From assembly GCA_963808625.1 (NCBI GenBank), contig CAWEHK010000051.1:97425-161424 (forward strand): 64,000 bases of DNA. Direction: 5' to 3'. Below are positions 62,033 through 64,000 of the stretch, piece after piece (position 1 is the first letter of the stretch; every line of letters begins with the position of its first letter). The stretch is from an uncultured delta proteobacterium (GTDB taxonomy: Bacteria; Desulfobacterota; Syntrophobacteria; Syntrophobacterales; Syntrophobacteraceae). The notes beneath the pieces were generated by a model. It did no database searches and was not told the DNA's origin. It saw nothing but the letters and a program-made list of their open reading frames with translations. The position numbers and the translations under genes are program-made.

Positions 62033-63640
62033 TCATGAGTAGCCTTCCCGGAATTGGCACTTCGGATGGAGACCGCCAGTATTTTGGTAACATTCTGGAA
62101 ATTCAATTATTTTTGCATCTTTTGACCGGTTTTTGGAACCCGGAAACAGCGCGACATGAGTATGGGCTTGGTTGGTGTTCAATTGCTCGAATCGATCCGG
62201 ATGAGCCAACACCTCACGCCTCTGTTTTGTCAAAGAGATGAACCGATTGGTGAGTTCGTGCTGCTCAGCCACAGTAATCTTGAGCACCTGCTCGGCTTCG
62301 ACCCGGGTCGGAGTGCCACAGAAGGCGGGCAGGCGAATCGCGATCCGATCCGCATCCTTTACTTGGCCGACACCGTGTTGCTTTGCCAGTCCGAACAGCG
62401 ATTCGATAGGATCTGAGCTGATCGTCAGACCGACATCGTCGAGATCAAGCTCCTTGGCGATATCGAGTTGGCGATGGAGATAGGTGAGGAAACCATGACC
62501 TACAGGGGCCGTGTGGATGCTTTGGTTAATCAACTTGCACTGTTCCTGAGTGGCGTGGCTCAGGCCTTGGGTTTTGAGAATCTTCTGGCATTTCAGCAAG
62601 GCCACGGCATCATCTCTAAATCGCTTGATAAGAGATCTGCACAAGGGGAGCTTGTCAAAACATGCTCGTAGTTTTGACAGCATGGAGCCCTTGGCCGCGC
62701 CTCCTGCCGGCGATAGCTTGAGGAGCCGATCCGCCCAAATGATCAGACGGTGTACATTCATAAACCTCGCTTTGGTGTGTACTTTGGGAGGAGACAGGCA
62801 TGCCAGAATTGTTTGCTTGAGCTTGCCGGATACGGAACCACAAGCCGAGATGAAGGTCTCGAACAACGGATGGTCGTGGTACCAGTGTTTGAGCAGGTTA
62901 GCAACCACGTGAGAGATGTCGTCGATGCAGGGGCTCGCAAGCCCACGCTCATCCAATAACCGTACGGCCTTCTGCAGGTCGCTGCCGCCGTCTTTGAGGT
63001 ATGCTGCCGGACGGCCCGTGACGGCAATGACGTTCTCAAGAACGCTGGCAATGGTGTCGCCCGTCCAGGAATCGGCCACTGACACCGTCACACATCGCAC
63101 ATTCTGAAAGCCTGGGGCGGCTGGCGAGAGTTGATGGTGATGAGCGTCGAGAGCCAGGACAATCAGAATTTTTCCCGTGCCCAGAGCAATGCTGGTATCG
63201 ATCATCCAGATCAACCCGTTGCAAAACGGCGCACTGGGCAGTGGCAGGCCCTTCAACATCGAGGCCGCCTGGATGCGCACCAGAGAGAGTCTGGTCACCC
63301 AGTTGATGACCGTTTGGGGACATGGCACTTTATGGATGCCAAGGGCTGGGGCCATTACGTGCAATACTCGGCAGACAGCCCGAAACCCGATGTGAGCCAC
63401 CAAAAAGAGTTGCAGTGCCAGGAAGACCAGGTCCACTTTGTGTTGAAAGGCAGGCGCCAGGCTCTGCACCTCCAACCGGCGCAGGTCAGCCCGGGTCTCT
63501 TTGAGCTCTTTCTTGAAGCCATCCCGCTCCTTTTTGGTCCGGATCAATTCCTTGCGCAGATACCGATTTTTCTCACCTCGCTGCCCGGCCTTGGATTTCC
63601 ACTGATTTCGGCTTTGCCTGAGCTTGGACCGTTGGCTCAT
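62033..63640 (-). mobile_element. Putative DDE transposase of unassigned IS family
   Basis: Basic coiled-coil N-terminus, HTH-like segment; candidate triad IDTS / KDGG / IESLFG; DISH motif; antisense to the operon; termini not resolved. Confidence 0.65.
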
Positions 63641-64000
63641 TGCTCTCTCTTCTGTCAAAGCATACTATTGCCAATGATGCCTTCATGAAGAGCTGGTTTC
63701 CGTTAAGTCGTCCAAGCGACATGACTGATCTTGCTGCAATCTTGCCGTTCATGGGCATCCTCCTGTGTGAGATAGGTGCCCACGATATTTATACCAAGAT
63801 TGCACAAAAGTCCCGCACTTGTTTTCTCAGAAGATGGATGTTCAACACAAAACACTCGGAAACACAGGAAGAGCCAAAATCAAGACGTTTAACGGAACAA
63901 AACGATACGCACCACGATCTAGATCAGGATGTCATGCATGTTGAAGGGGAATGAAACCCTCCGTTGGGGGGAGAAGAACGAGGTCGAAATCCCGGGCAAC

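Overview
64 kb of a bacterial chromosome. Gene content and style suggest a Syntrophobacterales/Desulfobacterota-like deltaproteobacterium (inference). Small indels split many genes, including topA, dprA, pilD and rsmE, so this looks like an unpolished long-read assembly and most frameshifts are treated as artefacts. Layout: (1) 1-8 kb: redoxin/rhodanese/DoxX module, minCDE, NUDIX, an atypical Gre factor and tRNA-Phe. (2) 8.2-28.3 kb: an apparently uncharacterised cell-surface locus. It holds an M6 protease with EExxH in place of HExxH; four paralogous Cys-rich secreted proteins of unknown family, two with a shared long leader; a ~1990-aa LVIVD-propeller/13xFN3/PKD protein whose Cys pattern predicts inter-domain disulfide staples; an FG-GAP lipoprotein; and a VKOR-DsbA fusion. 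(3) 28.5-46.5 kb: housekeeping genes (rsmE, pilD, topA, dprA, U32, proC, class II photolyase, glutaminyl cyclase, ugd, Ski2-like helicase, OFA-type MFS). (4) 46.8-62 kb: a polysaccharide operon (fcl, gmd, wzm, rfbG, rfbH) interleaved with about nine co-oriented toxin-antitoxin modules. It includes an in-frame MazF/PemK-like domain fused to RfbH, duplicated 5' gene stubs and heptamer repeats, and ends in a DDE transposase. All family assignments are by motif recognition only; no database search was run.
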